Below are positions 1-11,949 of a DNA stretch of 64,000 nucleotides, one piece after another (position 1 is the first letter of the stretch; every line of letters begins with the position of its first letter). The translations under genes and the position numbers were made by a program. A model generated the notes under the pieces. The model was not told where the DNA came from, did not search any database, and was given only the letters and a program-made list of their open reading frames with translations. Source of the stretch: Leucoraja erinacea (taxonomy: Eukaryota); assembly GCF_028641065.1 (NCBI RefSeq), contig NC_073405.1, positions 15,066,001 through 15,130,000 on the forward strand, in the 5' to 3' direction.

Positions 1-409
1 CGGATTTGGATGCCAATAGCTCTCTTTTGGATGGATTTGGATGCCAGTAGCCCTCTTTTCATCAACATTCCTTAGTGCCATTCCACTTACTGCACATGTA
101 CTAGTCCTACCTGGCTTGCACTCATTTTGCACTCGTTGGGTATTAGGATCCATGTCCGGTAAAATAGATATTAACAATGCCTTCTCTTAATAGAAAGAAA
201 AAAAAATCATCTCCTTGCAAAGAGAGCAAAGAAAAAGTGCCTGACATCATTTCAAATATAGGGGATTTGCTAGACTGTATCATAGACTGTATCAGTTCAA
301 AGGCTTCCACAAAATTCATAATATTCACGAGGAGTTTCACTATTGTACAAGCTGTAATCAAATAAAAAAAGTTGGATGAACGTCAAATTGAGGTTTTCAG
401 AGTTTACTT

Positions 410-607
410 ATATACTGTACACGCAAAAAGATGGAGTAACTCAGTGGGACAGGCAGCATCTCTGGAGAAAAGGAATGGGTGGCGTTTTGGGTCGAGACCC
501 TTCTTCAGACGGACCATCTCTGACACCTCCCTCCCCTTTCTTAATCTCACAGCCTCCATCACAAGGAATAGACTATTGACTAATGATCTGCAGTTCCTTC
601 TTATACA
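410..607. mobile_element. Rearranged Penelope-like fragment (inverted terminal repeat piece plus RT piece)
   Basis: Minus-strand terminal-repeat segment fused to the plus-strand RT peptide ISDTSLPFLNLTASIT, similar to the larger Penelope copy near 62400-62500. Confidence 0.7.
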
Positions 608-620
608 TTTTGTTTACTTA

Positions 621-878
621 CAGTGCCGTCCATGTTTGGGACAAAGACCCATCATTTAGCTCTCTTATACCTGCATTAAGGAGGCATTTAAACACACATG
701 AGCAATTACAAATACCTGTGAAACTGTGTGTCCCAAACATTATGGTGCCCTGAAATGGGGGGACAATGTGCACTTTAATCACATGTGATTGTTTTTCTTT
801 TACAAATCTCAAATTGTGGAGTTAAGAGGCAAATAAATAAATCATGGGTCTTTGTCGCAAACATTATGGAGGGCACTG
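621..878. mobile_element. Internally deleted Tc1-like element
   Basis: TA|CAGTGCC...GGGCACTG|TA. Sequence matches both ends of the 1.6-kb element at 22180-23795. Confidence 0.9.
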
Positions 879-920
879 TATATGCTGTTTAAATATGAAG
901 TAGTAGTGATAGGATCTTAC

Positions 921-1177
921 TTTTGTGCTCCAGAATGTGATTGACCAAACGGTTTTTGTGCTTTGTGTAGTACAGGCACAAAGGACAATGCAATTTTCCA
1001 GATTTCTTCTCAACTGAAGCCAAGGCAAATTCTTTCTTTAAGCAAACATCACTCTCATTTTCATTCCCCATTTCTCCAAGACTTCCTTCAAAAATATTAA
1101 CGTCCACCTTCCTTGTAGAGTTTTTTTTATCATCCGCAGCGAGTTTGCATACTTCTGTGTTCCGAGAAAGTGTATTT
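921..1177 (-). CDS. ZNF462-like gene, coding exon 6 (257 nt, phase 2 to 1); gene continues left of the window
   Basis: Bounded by TTCCAG| and |GTAAGA. KLHCPLCLYYTKHKNRLVNHILEHK matches ZNF462 DLRCPLCLYHTKYKRNMIDHIVLHR. Confidence 0.9.
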
Positions 1178-2629
1178 CTGGAAATTATCAAATAAAAATA
1201 CTTCTGCATTGCTTATCTCAGAAAATTCTAAGTAACTACAATTGAATTTATCTTAATAATATTATTTTTACTTTGTAGGTTTGTATTTTGAAAACCAGCC
1301 TAGTATTTGCCAGAGAAAAAAAGCTAAATAAACAATGAAGATACAATTAGCAAACAAGAGACCAGGTTGATTAAAATCAGGAGAAAGGATAAGCACTTAC
1401 ATAGAAAAAGTTTACTAGACCAAACCAGATTATATATTCTCTTGAAAAGTTGAGGCAAATAAGAACAAACATCATCAGAAGACCAGGTATCAGCATGACC
1501 TAATCCATATTTCCATAGCAGCTCGTGTTGAATAGGAAATCTTGTCATTAATAGGCAGCCACGACTAGTAGCAAGCCACGTTCAACAACATAAAAGTTCA
1601 AAGATTTTCTCAAGGATGAACAAAAAACTCAACCAGAATAACTAAGTGCATCCTAATCACTTGTTTATCTTTCAGTGCACTTTGATTTTGTGTGCTGTAT
1701 TCTACACAATCTTGCTATCTGAAGACACCAACCCAATGAGCAGCAATATGCATATTAAGGAACATATTAAAGAAAAAGGCACAGGAATAGAATGATACCA
1801 GGTGAGCTCTCAGAAGAACACAATCACCCTCACCCCAAATATCAGGGTGGACTTTGACTGCATTAGCAATAAGGGACTACCTGATTAAAAAGACACTTCT
1901 ACTAAAATTATTGTCCCCAATTCAGATTGCGACTCTACATATTCCCCCATTACTTAGCTGAATGAATCCAAATGAGACAATGTTCCTTGTATTGCACTGC
2001 ATATAGCTCTTCAAACTGTGACTTCTTCACAAGATACACTTTCAATGAATCTGCTCAACTCAGGAAGTATAAACATCAGGAGGACCAGTGACCCCCCTTT
2101 TAACTATATCTCTAAAACACCAATGTTAGATCCCCACAATTTTGTGTCGTCTGCAATCCCCAGATTACCATTATTATTCAATTAGATTTCACAGATAATC
2201 AAGATGAATAAATTAACACATATATTCATGAATGGTGGCTAGAACCTTAAACAGAATTACCTTACTATTTCGTGGTAAAATCCAATAAAATTCAAATTAA
2301 GTTTCTCCTCAAAGGATACAAATAAGCACAAAGTCTATTGCCAATGCAACAAAGGAAATCTTCAATGCACTTTAACACATTTGAACTCTCAGCAGCCAAA
2401 CGATTATTTTACCTTGTGAAGTGAGAATAATTATTTGCAAAACCAACTCAATAAACCTAGGAGAACATACAACTGCATTTCTATTTGCAATCAATTTTGG
2501 ATGAGGATTAAGAAATCGGCCTAGTTCACAATTTCTATCTAACATACATTTTTAATATCAGACTTTTTCAGCATACATGCTTGCAAAAATATCTTGATAA
2601 GATTGAAAACTCTTAACTCTGGTTCTATA

Positions 2630-3180
2630 GAAATGTTATTGAATATAGAAAATACTGAACAAGAACAGGTCCTTCAACCCACATCTATATGAACATGATG
2701 CTACAGCCATCTCTTATTTACATGCACATAATGCATATCCATCCATTTCCTGCATATCCAAAAGTCTCAAATGCCACTATCGTATCTGCCGTAACTACCA
2801 ACCCCAGCAGCACATTTGAGGCACTCACTACCCTCTAAAAAGAAACTTGCCCACATATCTCCTTTAAACTTTGCCCCTCTCGCCTTAAAGATATATCCTC
2901 TAGTATTTGATTTTTCCATCCTGGGAAAAAGGTTCTGAATGTCTACCTTATCTAAGCCTCTCATCATTTTATATATTTCTATCAGGTCTCCTTGCAACTT
3001 CTGTTGTCCAGAGAAAACAATCCAAGTCTGTACAAACTGTCCCTCTAGCTAATACCCCCTAATCCAGGCATCATTCTGGTAAACCTTCTCTGCACCCTTT
3101 CCAAACCCTGCACATCCTTCCAATTATGGGGGAACCAAAACTGCACACAATATTCCAAATGCAGCCTAACCAAAGTCCTG
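2630..3180 (-). mobile_element. CR1-type LINE 3' fragment
   Basis: GDLIEIYKMMRGLDKVD...LFP...TRG is the typical CR1 ORF2 C-terminus, followed by a CR1-type 3' tail. Confidence 0.85.
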
Positions 3181-3406
3181 GGCTTCTTTTGAAACTTAAT
3201 GCATGACCATTCTATTACCTATATCAATTTGCAATCTCAAAGTTCATTAAGACAAATACATAAATTTACATAATTTATTTCTAGTTCTCTTCCGATCACT
3301 TTTCCTCATCCAATATTACCAATGTACAAAAGACACCAAAGTTTGAGATATTTTCCTTTATGCAGGGAAGATAAAACATCTTAAATCCATCATCTTTGAA
3401 ACTTAC

Positions 3407-3632
3407 TTTTCCCCACTGAAGAAACAACATCTTTTACATTCAAAATATAGATTCTCAGGATGCATTGTACGATAATGATTCCTCACATTCTGGAACCGGC
3501 ACGTGTTAAAATCACAAAATTCACATGCATAGCGCTTCATCTCCGCAGTCTTTGGCATGACTTCTGTTGCTGAGTCACTGCTAATGATACAGGCTTGGCA
3601 ATCACTCCGTGGAGTCTCCAAAAATATATTTT
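3407..3632 (-). CDS. ZNF462-like gene, coding exon 5 (226 nt, phase 1 to 2)
   Basis: Bounded by TTTCAG| and |GTAAGT. YACEFCDFNTCRFQNVRNHYRTMHPENLYFECKRCCFFSGEK matches ZNF462 LHCEFCEFSSGYIQSIRRHYRDKHGGKKLFKCKDCSFYTGFK. Confidence 0.9.
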
Positions 3633-4558
3633 CTGAAATGACAAAGAACGACTGTAAAACTATTGAAATAAACTTACATGAATAGGAATTCTGGAATCCA
3701 GTGAACGAAGATCAAATAATATTGCACCTTTCACAGCCATAAAACATCAAAAGTTGTTGTTTTTCCATTATGAACAGCCTTCAATGTGGTCACTGCTATA
3801 AATGGCAAGCAATTTGTACTTTATTTGTTCCACCATTGAAAGGGTTTACAAGGGGCACATCCTTAAGTAAATGGCATCTATCATCAAGGATCACCATCAT
3901 TTGCTGTTACCATTGGCATGAGGTACAGAAGTCTGAAGTCTCACACCCCGGGTTCAGAAACAGCTACTTTCCTACAACCATCAAGTTTGTGAACCAACCT
4001 GCACAACCCTAATTCTATCTCAAAAAGATTAGCAATACAAATAACTATATAAATTGTTCTGATGTTATTTCTGGAGTAAATTTTGACAAAGATGCAAGAA
4101 AAAAAATCCTCGCTTCCAGATCTTTTATATCAATTTAACCAAACAGATGGGTTATATGGATTTCCTTATTTCCTGATAGTCACTACCAAGGACATTATTA
4201 CAATTCTTCAATAGACACAGTATCAAGCCATCCCAAGATTGCACGCACAAGACTAGTGTAAATGTGATGGTACTCTCACAGGCAGTCTCTCCACACTGAG
4301 CCAAGCATGGCTCATTGCTGGACATGCACTAGGTTCCTATCACAGCAACACGGTCAGCATTCTCTGTACATAATGCTACAATTACCCCTCTCAGCACTAA
4401 CTTCATTTGTATTCTTGTTCCTGGTAACACATCCTAGGCATGAAATGAGGTGTCATTGTATTCTTTTGCCTTTCCAATAATAAAGCAAACATGACAATGA
4501 GTCTCTCTCTTATAGAGATATAACATTGATCCTCAATAAAAAGCCAGAAAATTCTTAC

Positions 4559-4723
4559 CATTTAATGGCTGGGACACATATCCTCCAGTTTCTTGAGAGT
4601 CCAATGTCATAGAACGCAGTTTTGGCATAAGAAATCTCCCATGCACTTTTAGTGAATGGGACCTTAGGTGTTCAATCAGTGGGGTAGAATAAGAACACCT
4701 TGGGCATCTGTAGTTTCTGCCTT
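4559..4723 (-). CDS. ZNF462-like gene, coding exon 4 (165 nt, phase 1 to 1)
   Basis: Bounded by TTACAG| and |GTAAGA. GRNYRCPRCSYSTPLIEHLRSHSLKVHGRFLMPKLR matches ZNF462 GEHAYKCSWCSFSTMTISQLKEHSLKVHGKALTLPRPR. Confidence 0.9.
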
Positions 4724-5027
4724 CTGTAACATTTTAATAGAATGAATCCACTTAATTATCAGCTTATTCGCAATTCTACTTCTAACCAAACATCATCTAT
4801 TTCTACTGAACCAAACATTGCAAGTGCTCTTCACTGCAGGATTTAGAAAGAAATCACGAGAAATGAAATTTCCCCATCCATAATGCATTTTTGGAAATAA
4901 TTCAGTAAAATATGCAAGTAATACCAAAAATAATAACTTTAGGAATCGCTTCCTTCCAAGGTAGAACTGATTATTAGTCATGGAGTAAGTCAAAATCTAA
5001 AGAAAACAAAATAGGATCTCATACTAC

Positions 5028-5077
5028 CTGAGCTAGCAGTCAGGATGTCATTTATCACATTGTACTTGTTTTTTTTA
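5028..5077 (-). CDS. ZNF462-like gene, small coding exon 3 (50 nt, phase 2 to 1)
   Basis: Strong polypyrimidine acceptor (TTTTTTTTCTGCTTTTCTTTAG) and CAG|GTAGT donor. It is the only candidate I found that bridges the phase-2 end of exon 2 to the phase-1 start of exon 4. Encodes KKNKYNVINDILTASS. Confidence 0.65.
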
Positions 5078-5481
5078 CTAAAGAAAAGCAGAAAAAAAAC
5101 GAATTAGCTTTTTACTACACCTCAAGGCCCACAAAATTATATTATCGCTAAAAATATTACTTTAAACCCAAAATTTCATTCTCACAGCAGTTTTCAATCA
5201 TTGCCTGCAATAGACAAACTTAGCATAACATCTTCAGTGCACTGATTGTAGGCCTAGCATCAAACATCTGGATGCTGGTGATAAACAGTGATAATTTAAT
5301 ACATTATTGTTATTTCATTCAGCATTTCTTTCAGGATAACTGAACCCGAAAAGTTTACTTGATCATTTCAGAAGTTGGTTAATCATCAATCACGTTGCTA
5401 TGGCTCTGGATATAGAGGTTAGTTTGTGTGAGGGAGGCAGTTTACTTGCTTGAAGGACATCAGTGAAGCCACCTGGGGTAT

Positions 5482-6379
5482 AGGGGGGTTGCACGTAAGG
5501 TCACTGGGTCATAGGGCTTGATGCACAGAGCCGCTCAATCCATCTGGAGGACATCCGTAACCTCCGGTATATGTTATTAATGCAAGAAACGCGTACTTTC
5601 CTACCTGTTAAAAATGGCCAAAATGTTGAATTTCTGCGCTGAAAAAAATTGTGGAAGTCGGGGTAAGTGTGAGAGACATGTCCCCAACTTTAGAATTCCA
5701 AAAGTGAAGCGAAATGAAAGTAAAGAGAAGCAAGTGTGGAAGGGACAACAGCAGCTAAAGTGCTTGGTAAACATTGGCTGTGCAGATATCGGAAATGAAA
5801 ATATTGGGAATTATCGCGTTTGCTCACTGCATTTCATCAAGTAAGGCATTATTTGTGTTTTTTCTTGATTCCTTTGGTATCTAAAAAGTCTCAGAAGTGA
5901 TGAATCTGGCTGTGAACTTTTCTTCAGATGCGTTTTCATTTTGTATGTAAAAACCACTTGAGAACCATGGGCGATTTAAAAAATTTATAGCCAGATTTAT
6001 CACTTCTGAAACTTTTTAGATGCTAAAGGAATCAAGAAAAAACACAAATAATGCCTTTGTTGATGAAATGCAGTGAGCAAACGGCCAATGTTCGCCAAGC
6101 ACTCTGGCTGTTGTTGTCCCTTCATTTCTCGCTTCTATCTACCGTCATTTCTCCTCACTCTTGTAATTCTGAAGTAGGCTAAATGTCTCTCGCGCTTATC
6201 CCAATTTCCATAATTATTTACGGCGCAAAAATTGACAATTTCAGCGGGTTTTAACGGGCCCGCTACGCTGGAAACAATGGTAAGTGCCTACCTGCAGTTC
6301 ATCGCGTGTACTCCACTTGGAGTAGCGTAGCAACAGTACGGGTCATGGGTCGTGACCTGACTGCCGTGAAACCTCCCCT
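5482..6379. mobile_element. Palindromic non-autonomous DNA transposon with THAP-domain remnants
   Basis: Terminal inverted repeats AGGGGGGTTGCACG / CGTGAAACCTCCCCT and a long internal inverted repeat (about 5600-5920 vs 5980-6255). ORF 5614-5844 has the THAP pattern C-x4-C...FRIPK...RVCSLHF. Confidence 0.75.
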
Positions 6380-8049
6380 TTGCAACAATCTGGCAATCTC
6401 ATGATGCAGCTTTCCCATTATTTGTCCTAGCTACTTTAGTCTCTTTAGGCTCAGGACAGAAATCCAGCAGTATTGTTTTAAGGCATTTAAATGTGATCAT
6501 TTGCCTTAGTTGTATAATTTTTTTCATCTAACTAAAGATGCTCAGTAATGTTATAAATAGAAGTTATGTTTTTTTTTCATTTTGTAATTTGAAGAGATCG
6601 CAAATAAGATATTTATCATTTTTATTGCCTTATTTTTCATAAGCTAGGGTGGGATAAACATTTATTTGTATCACTCTGAAAAGTTGTCATAGACTGCACA
6701 ACTTCCCAATTCTAGTATAGAAAATCTGCATTCCATAATTAGATATGGTCCTGGCTAGTTGTTCCAACACAACTACAATACAGGCATCCATCGGACAAGT
6801 TGCTCAAGTCTGTTTACAAAATGCAGGACAGATCCAACGAGGTCAATCAGTGATGGAAATTATCATTCTCAGTGCTATCAGGTGGCTTTCATTGCCCAAT
6901 AATGGGTTTCCAATGTTCAGTGTTGGTTTCACCAGGACCTCAGTCAAAAAATAGAGAAATCCAAGAGTTTCATCCTGAAACATCACCTATCCATGTTCTT
7001 CAGAGATGCTGCCTGATCTGCTGTGTTACTCCAGCATTTTGTGCCTTTTTTAAAGTCACAAATTATCATGGGGAAACTTTGAGGTTGGAGACATACTTCA
7101 TACAAAAAGAAAGTTGTTGTTGTTGGAGGTTATTCATCCCAGCCTTAAGATGCAACTACAGGAGATGCTCATGGATATAGCCAAAGACCAGCTGTAGTTA
7201 TTTCATCAATAGTCCTCGTTCCATCAGAAGTGGATGTTCACTGATGATTGCACAATACTCAATTTAATTTATAACTTGTCAACAATTCAAGCAGTACACA
7301 CTTGTATCCAATAAGACCCAGGCAACAGTCAGGCATGAGTCGTAGGTGCCAATAATATTTGTGCCACAAAGGTATAAGGCACAAAATGGTTCCGATTTCA
7401 GAAACATTGGTGAGTGGAAAATTAGATTGTTTAGATTTTTCCAAGAACTGGGAAAGATTCAATGAGCCTAATGGCCTTCCATATAATAAGGGAATATTTT
7501 CCAGCACATGGCATGTCAGGAATGTGATGGGATACCTGGATTAGTGCGCTTTAACAACTTTCAGGAAGCTTGACACCATCAGGACAATACAATTATTTGA
7601 CTGGCACCCCTCCATTTATCCCATTCTCTTCCTCATGCACTAGTGGTCATAGTGTGTACCATCAACAAAATTTGCTGCATTTACTTCCCTACAACACTTA
7701 AGGCACCAATGAATTCTGCCCATTTTATCAGAATATATCCTCCTGAAGTGCTTTAGCCCTTCTCAGTTTCTGAATAGCTAAGTTACATTTCATCTGCACA
7801 TTTTGAACTCACTATGGACTCACAATGGCACAGGCAGTAAAATGTGCCCAAGTTCGATCCCGACTTCCATTGCTGACAATGGAGTTTGGACATTTGGTGT
7901 TGGTTTATTATAGTCACTGTTCCAAGATAGAGGACACATCTTTGTTTGCGTCTTATTGTCATGATAGCTGACATCAATTAAATCAGATCATATAATACAA
8001 GTACGATCAATCCGCATGTAAATATAACCGTAGTGCAAAGAGAAATATA

Positions 8050-8685
8050 CCAGTCAAGAGTGTTTTATTGTCATATGTCCCAAAACTGAATAATGAAACT
8101 CTTACTTGCAGCAACACAGTAGGTAAGTAATCATAGTACTCAGTAGATACCACAACAGACAACAAAAAGTTCAATAAATTAAAATATATATAATGCAAAA
8201 ACAAAACAAAGCCTAAGCCCCTATTGCAATCAAGGAAGTTAATAGTTCGGAGTTTAGTTGGAGTTCGTAGAGTTCAATAGCCGAATGGTTTTTGAGAGGC
8301 TGTTCCTGAAACTGGATGTTCTAGATTACAGGCTCCTATACCTTCTTCCAGATGGCAGGAGTGGAAAGAGAGTGGGGCCAGGATGGTGTGGGTCCTTTAT
8401 AATGTAGGCTGCCTTTTTGAGGCAGCACATCCTATAGATCCCTTCGAGGTCAGTTGCCGTAATGGACTGGGCAGTATTTACCACATTTTATAATCTCCTT
8501 TGCTCCTGGACAATCGTTGTTGAACCTGGCCGTGATGCAATCAGTCAATATGCTCTCCACTGTACACCCGTAGACGTTCAAGAGGGTATCTATCAGCATT
8601 CCGAATCTCCTCAATCAACTAAGGAAGTAGAGGTGTTGATGGGCTTTCTTTATTGCATGATTGCATCAATGTGCTGGGTCCAGGG
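8050..8685 (-). mobile_element. Degenerate Rex1/Babar-like LINE 3' fragment
   Basis: Reverse-complement similarity to the 3' part of the Rex1-like copy at 10120-11440. Confidence 0.6.
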
Positions 8686-8864
8686 CCCAGAAATATGCAT
8701 TTTGTGTCCTTTTGAGTATAAACCATCATTTGCAGCTCCTTGTTTCATCTACATACAATGATAATTCCGTACTAGGTTTTAGCAGACAATCAGCAATAAT
8801 GGACATCATCCCCCCCCCCCCCCCCCCCATTGCCCGTTGTAGCGAGAGTTTACTGTATGTAAAA

Positions 8865-9215
8865 GTATAAGGGGCATAGATATGGTAGACAGTCAGAATC
8901 TATTCCTAGCGGATAAATGTCAAAAAATTCAAGGCTTATCTTTATGGTAAGAGGGGCAAAGTTTAAAGAAGATTTGCGGGGCAAGTAATTTCTTTTAAAC
9001 AGAGGGTAGTGGGTGCCTGGAACGTGCACATAAGGGTGGTGGAAGATATGATAGTAACTGTTAAAAGACTATTAAATAGGCATATGGATATGCAAGGAAT
9101 GGAGGGATAAGGATCATGCGTTGACAGGTGAGATTAGTATATTTTGTTATAAAGTTCGGCACAGAAATTATTGGCAAAGGGCTTGTTCCTGGGCTGTACT
9201 GTTTTATGTTCTACG
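8865..9215 (+). mobile_element. CR1-type LINE 3' fragment
   Basis: Similar to the other CR1 3' ends in the window (GGGGCAAAGTTTAAAG...GGTGCCTGGAAC...CTGTACTGTT). Confidence 0.75.
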
Positions 9216-9285
9216 TGCAAAAAAATCCATTGTGTCAAATATAATGTTCCATACAATTTTTGGGCGATAATTTTTTTAAATATCT

Positions 9286-11567
9286 AATAATAATAATAAT
9301 AATAATAGATTTTATTTGTGGGCGCCTTTCAAAAGTCTCAAGGACACCTTACAGAAATTAACAAGAGTAAAAAAACATATAATCGGAATAAAATAAATAA
9401 TAAAGACATCACCAATACACAAATTAAAGACAGAATTCGATCCAAAGACAAAAAAATCAAAAACACAATGTGAAGAGAGAGCAGCGGCAGCCAAACCGCG
9501 CCAGCGTACACTCTCCCTTCCGACAGCCATCTTGGACACAAACTTAAATATTCACTTGCATACAAAAAAACATCCCCCCACAATGGTTACCACTGTGGGG
9601 GAAGGCACAATGTCCAGTCCCCATCTCCAGTTCTCCCAAAGTCAGGCCTATTGAGGCCTCCGCTATTGCCTCTACGGAGGCCCGATGTTCCTGGCCGTTC
9701 TCACCAGGTGCTGTTGCCCCGGCGTCGGGAGAGTCCACTCAGCGGAGCGACCGCTTCCTAACCGGAGACCGCGGCGTCCGAAGCCGACAAGGCCGCGTCG
9801 GTTTGGAGCTCCAAGGCTCCCGATGAAGTCGGCGCCGCCCGCTCCGCTCCACAGCCCCGCAGTGATGAACTCGGCAGTCACAGCTCACCGGAGCTCCAGC
9901 GCGTCGATCCAGCACGGCGACCCAGGCAACGCATCGCCCGCTCCGCTCCGCGATAGCGCTCCAGCGCTGTGCCGCCACCGAAGCCGAGGTGCTGGGCGGT
10001 CCCCGCCAGGAAACGGCGCTCCACGCCCACTGGTAGGCCACGAGGACGGGTCGACGGGGCAGCCCGGAGAAAAAGCTGCCTCACCGACCAGGTAGGGACC
10101 TAGAAATTTAGTTACCCCCTTCCTCAAAATGCTTTGAGAGGCTGGTGAAGAATCACATCTGCGACTTCCTCCCTCGGAACATGGACCCGTTGCAGTTTGC
10201 ATACCGTCCGAACAGGTCCACGGACGATGCGGTCTCCCAGGTCTTGCACACCGCTCTCTCCCATCTGGACAGCCAGAAGGGGGGCTACGTGAGGATGCTG
10301 TTCATAGACTACAGTTCAGCCTTCAACACGATAGTCCCCACCAGACTGGCCGAGAAGCTACTGGAATTGGGGCTCAACACCTCCCTGTGTGCCTGGGTCC
10401 TGGACTTTCTCACCGCCAGGCCCCAGGTAGTCAAGATGGGAGGGAATACATCGAAGTCCCTCACCCTGAGCACAGGATCGCCCCAGGGTTGCGTCCTCAG
10501 CCCCCTATTGTACTCCCTGTACACACATGACTGTGTGGCTAGGTTCAGCTCCAATTCAATAATTAAGTTTGCTGATGACACTGTTGTGGTGGGCCTGATC
10601 TCAGACAATGATGAGAGGGCCTACCGGGAGGAGGTGGCTGATCTAGCACTCTGGTGCCAGGAGAACAGCCTCCTCTTGAACATCAAAAGAACGAAGGAGC
10701 TGATCATGGACTTTAGGAGGGCACATCATCCGAGGACGTACACTCCATTGAGTATAAATGGGGATCCTGTGGATAGGGTGAACTGTTTTAAATATCTGGG
10801 AGTCCACATCTCCGAGGATATGACATGGTCATCGCACGCCTCAGCACTGGTGAGTAAGGCAAGGCAGCGCCTTTACCACCTCAGGCAATTGAGGAAATTC
10901 AGAGTGTCTCCGAGGATCCTCCAGTGCTTCTACGCAGCGGCGGTGGAAAGCATCTTGTCCGGGAACATTACCATCTGGTTCGGGAATTGCTCTGCCAAGG
11001 ACAAGAAGGCTCTGCAGAGAGTAGTGCGTTCGGCCGAACGCACTATGGGAACTTCACTCACCCCCCTGCAGGAACTATACAACAGGAGGTGCAACTCCAG
11101 AGCAAACAAAATCATGAGAGACCTCTTCCACCCCTGCAACGGACTGTTCCAGCCACTACGGTCAGGCAAACGCCTCCGTTGCCATGCAGTGAGAACGGAG
11201 AGGTTGAGAAGGAGTTTCTTCCCAGAGGCAATTCGGACTGTAAACGCCTTTCTCACCAGTGACTAACTGTACAGAACGTTTTTCCTTCTATTATTTATTA
11301 TGTAAAATAATATGTGTGTTATGATTGTGTTTATAATTTGTTTGGTTGTTTTGTTGTTCCGCGAGCATTGCCACTTTCATTTCACTGCACATCTCGTATG
11401 TGTATGTGACAAATAAACTTGACTTGACTTGACTTGACTTCCCCCCACATTAAAAGGTCTAACTCTCCAATAAGCAAAGCACTGGACTCACTAAAACTAC
11501 AAAACAAATGAGTGAGTTAAACGGACGGCTGCTGATTAGCAGCCGTTCCCCAAGATGGCTCCTCCCC
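9286..11567 (-). mobile_element. GC-rich non-autonomous retroposon with LINE-like 3' end and (TTA)n tail, split by a Rex1 insertion
   Basis: Minus-strand 3' end ...GTGTCCTTGAGACTTTTGAAAGGCGCCCACAAATAAAATCTATTATTATT. GC-rich body at about 9480-10120 resumes after the Rex1 tail at about 11440-11567. Confidence 0.6.
10124..11440 (+). mobile_element. Rex1/Babar-clade non-LTR retrotransposon, 5'-truncated, with uninterrupted RT ORF
   Basis: 373-aa ORF (10145-11266) with [39 protein letters not shown] and KFADD. Ends in AATAAA followed by a (CTTGA)n tail. Confidence 0.92.
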
Positions 11568-11949
11568 ATAATGTAGCCAACTTTGGTTTAATCACATGGT
11601 CTAAATATTTTACGCACCCGAGAAAACTGAAAAATAAAACTACATATAGGTACGATTACATTAGCAGAGCACTTGACTTGGTAATATATAACTAATTTTA
11701 GTCCTGTGGAGTGGTTGGAGACTAAACACTATTATTTTGAGAGATATCAAATGTAAGTATAAAAAACATAGAGATTCTCAACTTTTAAAGACACAGAAGT
11801 TGGAGTAGAAACCCACATGCAAAACTATCTTAAAGAGTATTCTTTTCAGTTCTAGATAAATCACAAGTTTGGCTGCAACATCAGAAAGTGGAAATGCATG
11901 AATAGCATCGTCAGCTGCACAGTCGTCATAAATATAAGCAAAACTATTT

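Noticed and set aside
1-60. 31-bp tandem duplication at the window start
   Set aside because: Only two copies are visible and it is cut by the window edge, so no function can be inferred.
143-351. Possible next exon of the zinc-finger gene (acceptor-like TTACAG near 352, open frame)
   Set aside because: The translation shows no resemblance to the expected ZNF462 continuation (EERVVPIEV...FRCDKC) and there is no clear GT donor. The next exon is probably outside the window.
9312-10202. Overlapping ORFs in a CpG-rich stretch resembling a gene start
   Set aside because: They lie within a retroposon body with a (TTA)n tail and show no recognisable protein motifs.
11570-11626. Alternative phase-2 acceptor (TTTTATTTTTCAG) in the zinc-finger intron
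   Set aside because: The frame runs into a retroposon with no compatible donor nearby and has no ZNF462 similarity. The 5028-5077 exon fits better.
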